From NCBI RefSeq assembly GCF_000497125.1, contig NC_090598.1, positions 1,426,001 through 1,490,000 of the forward strand: DNA of 64,000 bases, written 5' to 3'. This document shows, piece after piece, positions 60,742-64,000 of this stretch. Below the pieces are notes generated by a model. It made no database searches, was not told the origin of the DNA, and worked only from the letters and a program-made list of their open reading frames with translations. How positions within the stretch are numbered: the first letter of the stretch is position 1; each line of letters starts with the position of its first letter. The translations under genes and the position numbers were made by a program. The DNA is from Spironucleus salmonicida (taxonomy: Eukaryota).

Positions 60742-63700
60742 ATGTCTGGAAAAGGAAAGGGAAAAGGTTTTGGAAAGGCGACAGACTCGGAGAACACTAG
60801 CGATAGTGTAGACCCTGTTGCTCTCACCGCCTAATAAATTCGTATTAGAAGCCTGTTCAAACAGGCACCTGCTCTACCCCAACCCCAACCCCAGTCGATC
60901 GCTAGTCACATTTCTTCTACCATGAAGAAGCAATAGGCACCTCCAACGTCTAATGGTGACCCCTCGACTTTGACATATTCCCCCTTCACATAAGTTTCAA
61001 GCGTGAGACTGTTCAAGCAGGGCCAGGCAAGCCGGGAGGCTCCTGTGCTCTCAGATAAGACCAATAAATCTATCATGGGCTTCGTGAAAGCAAGAGAAGA
61101 AGAAAGAGCCCCGCAAGGTGCTCCGGACACTTCGGCTGCCGACACTCAGAATCGCGCGCAATTCCCTTCCACACAAATTCACGGGGAAACTACAGCTGCG
61201 CTCGTTAACTGCCAAGACGAGTAAGCTTAGGAGGTAGCTAGTCTAGCTGCCCCTAACGCAGCGGAAGTGACTGAACAACCGCCCTCCTCATAGGTTGCCA
61301 GTTAAGAAGGGGCCCCAACCGATTAACCTAGCCTCTAACCAGAGAGCTAAGAGGAAAGCGAGGCCCCGCCTCGCCCGGATCCCCCAGATGCTCCGGACTA
61401 CGGGATAGACCCACCAATTCCCAGGCTACCCTCACAAAACATACCGGTAGAGCCCAGAGTCAGACCTCAACTGAATTCAATCACCCGGTATGGTATCGTC
61501 CACGAGACGAGATCTCAGACAAGACTTATTCCTGAGACACGTGCCCCAAGCACAACAGAAAGTAACGAACACGCTAGACCAAGGAACCCTGACAAGCCTT
61601 TTGAATGTCAGGCATGCACCTTCGCGTCGTCCGACCCCACGAGCCTGCTGAGACATCACGCGCTCACGAGAGGCGGATAGCACGATATAAAGTTCCCGCT
61701 ACTTAGATACAAAGAAGTTTACGAAGACCCCAAACTCTTCAGATTCTACTGTGGAATCTGTAATCACCCTTTTACGAAGAAATTAAATGTCATGCTCCAC
61801 CTAATGGATGGAAAATGCAAGAACAAGTAAGGAATGACAAACGAAGCTGCCCAATTGCTAGTAAGAAATAGAGATGTCTATAGCCTCGAACTAGAGGAAT
61901 AGCTGGCAAAAGCATCGGCCGCCAAGGCGGCAAGAGCGAAGAGTATAGCAGAATAAATAACTGCACCCAAAATAGGACTTCCACCGGAAGCGACGATCAA
62001 CCTATCTCCTTTAGGTTGCGCTACGGACAAGAAGAATTTAGCATTACGTTTTATCCAGATGAAACTGGAGATTGAAAACGGAGCTGACATCCTAGACGCC
62101 TTTAACTAATTCATAGGCGCATTCAGAAGAAAACAGGCATGTAACACCAGACGCGATACCAATCAAAAATAGATAGATTTCTGCTTTTAGAGAGGACAGA
62201 CTGGAAAGGCATGGAACCTTATTAAGGAAAATTAGAACAAGTAGAACCTATCCCCAGAAAACGCCAGCTCCAGACCGGACCTGGTTAGAGAGTTATTTTA
62301 GGAAAACCGGAAACCCGAATATGAATCGGCATCGCGGTAGGGATCAGTAAGAACAGCGCTGCAAGCGCCAACGGCAGAAGAGATTACGAAGATAATCCTA
62401 TAGTACCGGGATGGCAAAGCAGGCGGCCCGAGTGGCATTCTTCCAGCCCACCTGAAAGAACTTGAGAAGTCTCATCACATCTCAAACATTCTTGCGAAGG
62501 TATACAAACTAATACTTGATACACCATCCCTAGTGAACAAGACTAGGAGACTATTCGAATACCGGATAATCTTCATCCCAAAGAACGCGACCAAGTTTAG
62601 ACCGATTTGCATACAGGAGTTATTCCTATAAGTCCTGCACAAAGCACTGGCAGAGAAGATGAAGCAGCAACTAACCCTAGGCAATTATCAATTCGCCTTT
62701 ACCAAAAACGCTCTCCTCAGAGCCAAATATTAAGCTAATATCATGCTTAAGAATGGGCTCACCCTTACTTCCCTTGACGTACGAAACGCCTTTAACGCCG
62801 TACCTCATAAAGTAATCGAAGAAGAACTCGTGAAAGCCGGCCTAGCACCGGAAACCAACCAATACATCCAAGCCTTTTTGATGGCGCGGAATGCGGAGGG
62901 GTTGGAAAGGCTAGGCACCGGCGTCCCCCAAGGGGATCCATTGTCCATGATGCTATTCTGTGTTGTAATGCGCCCGATCCTAGATCGGCTCGCAGGCAAA
63001 TACAAGGTTATCGCATCGTACGCGGACGATGTCCTGATAGGTCACGATTCAGGAGTAAACCTCAAAGACTGTGAAAGCGTCTTTGCAGACTACGGGCTAA
63101 CCCTGTCTGTGGAGAAATGCATAACAGCCTCCCCCACCCAAGCGATTAAATTCGTTGGGTAAGAATTTAAGGACAAACCGATACCGTTAACAGATCACTT
63201 GCTCCAAACCGCTCAGGATGCCTTCCTACTCCTCGAGCAATCGAAGCTCGGGACCACCCAATAACGGTTCCAGATGTTTGTACAATGTATTGTTCCCTCA
63301 GTCAACTATGGCCCACTTGTGGACGTCACGGATGACTAGGAAGCCGGATATACGAAGATAGACGACAGCCTTGTTGCCACCACCTCGCTGATAGCGGGAC
63401 TAAGCATAAAGATTGAAACTCTATTGGATAGCTAGATCCGGGGTGGAATGAACGTGATCACACCTGGTCGCTTCTACCCACTCATGACCGCAGCACGCGA
63501 TGAATTCCATGAGAACAATCACTGCGTCTTTAGAAATATCAGGGAGAAAATCAAAGAACTCGTTCCGGACGATCCAGATCCTGGACGCCCGATGATTTTC
63601 CCCTGCATCTTAGGAGCCACCAGGCTCCCTGGACAGTCTGTCCAGTATCTCTTGAACTCGGCTTTCGGCCCGGTAGCGACACCCAGTAAAACCCATTTGT

Positions 63701-64000
63701 GTACGCTATGCGGTACCCCTAAGATTGGAGATCACGACCAAAAATGCAATAGAAATAGCGGAATCCGAATAGTTAGACACAACAAGGCTGTCTCAGCCGC
63801 GATGAACTGCCTAGCGAAGTACGAGCCCCGTGAAATAACACGTCAATAAGCTCCTGAAGGAAAGTTTTATCCGGACTTCAGAATCATTGTAAGTAAAATC
63901 CTGACAGTAGACCTAGATGTCACGTTTACTTCGCAAGAGAATATGGACGCGAAATTTGCAGAAAAGGTTAGAAAGCATAAATTGCCTGACCCTAACCAGA
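60742..64000 (+). CDS. H4(1-13)-fused retrotransposon RT-RLE ORF, copy 3 (runs off window)
   Basis: Colinear with copy 1 at offset +16782. Confidence 0.88.
60782..64000 (+). mobile_element. Site-specific RLE-type non-LTR retrotransposon, copy 3 (3' end outside window)
   Basis: Same 5' junction GGAAAGGCGA|CAGACTCGG. Confidence 0.93.

Larger units (their letters stand above)
42600..64000 (+). repeat. Histone H4 tandem array, 1585-bp unit (300-bp CDS + 1285-bp spacer), with three retrotransposon-interrupted units
   Basis: Near-identical units with ATGs at 49181, 50766, 52351 and 53936 (spacing 1585), and at 59157 and 60742. Confidence 0.97.

Noticed and set aside
42600-64000. CRISPR-like or rDNA array
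   Set aside because: Units are 1585-bp near-identical histone repeats with no unique spacers and no rRNA motifs.

Overview
AT-rich, intron-poor eukaryotic DNA that uses genetic code 6 (TAA/TAG = Gln, TGA the only stop), so the supplied standard-code ORF track is fragmented. The H4 sequence ([16 protein letters not shown]...) and compact gene packing point to a hexamitid diplomonad (Spironucleus/Hexamita-like; inference). Bases 1-42.3 kb hold tightly packed single-copy genes that I re-translated by eye: a degenerate P-type ATPase, a Bub1-like kinase, a chromodomain protein, a CH-domain protein, a Maelstrom/DEDDh-like nuclease, a ULK4-like pseudokinase, a Fused/STK36 kinase, a CFAP410-like LRR protein, a Rad6-like E2, a REX-type exonuclease and a cullin-like protein, plus a ~760-bp (TAT)n tract. 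From 42.6 kb to the end is a GC-rich histone H4-only tandem array (1585-bp unit). Three of the seven H4 starts are interrupted at exactly the same nucleotide (after codon 13) by a ~3.64-kb non-LTR retrotransposon encoding zinc fingers, reverse transcriptase, a CCHC knuckle and a PD-(D/E)xK endonuclease. The two complete copies end in poly(A). Its single ORF is in frame with the H4 ATG. This looks like an R2-like, histone-H4-specific retrotransposon that may borrow the host histone promoter and start codon, and it is the main discovery candidate. The array spacer also carries antisense, synonymously recoded copies of the H4 5' target segment. Long single-copy ORFs were spot-checked for frame, not read codon by codon.
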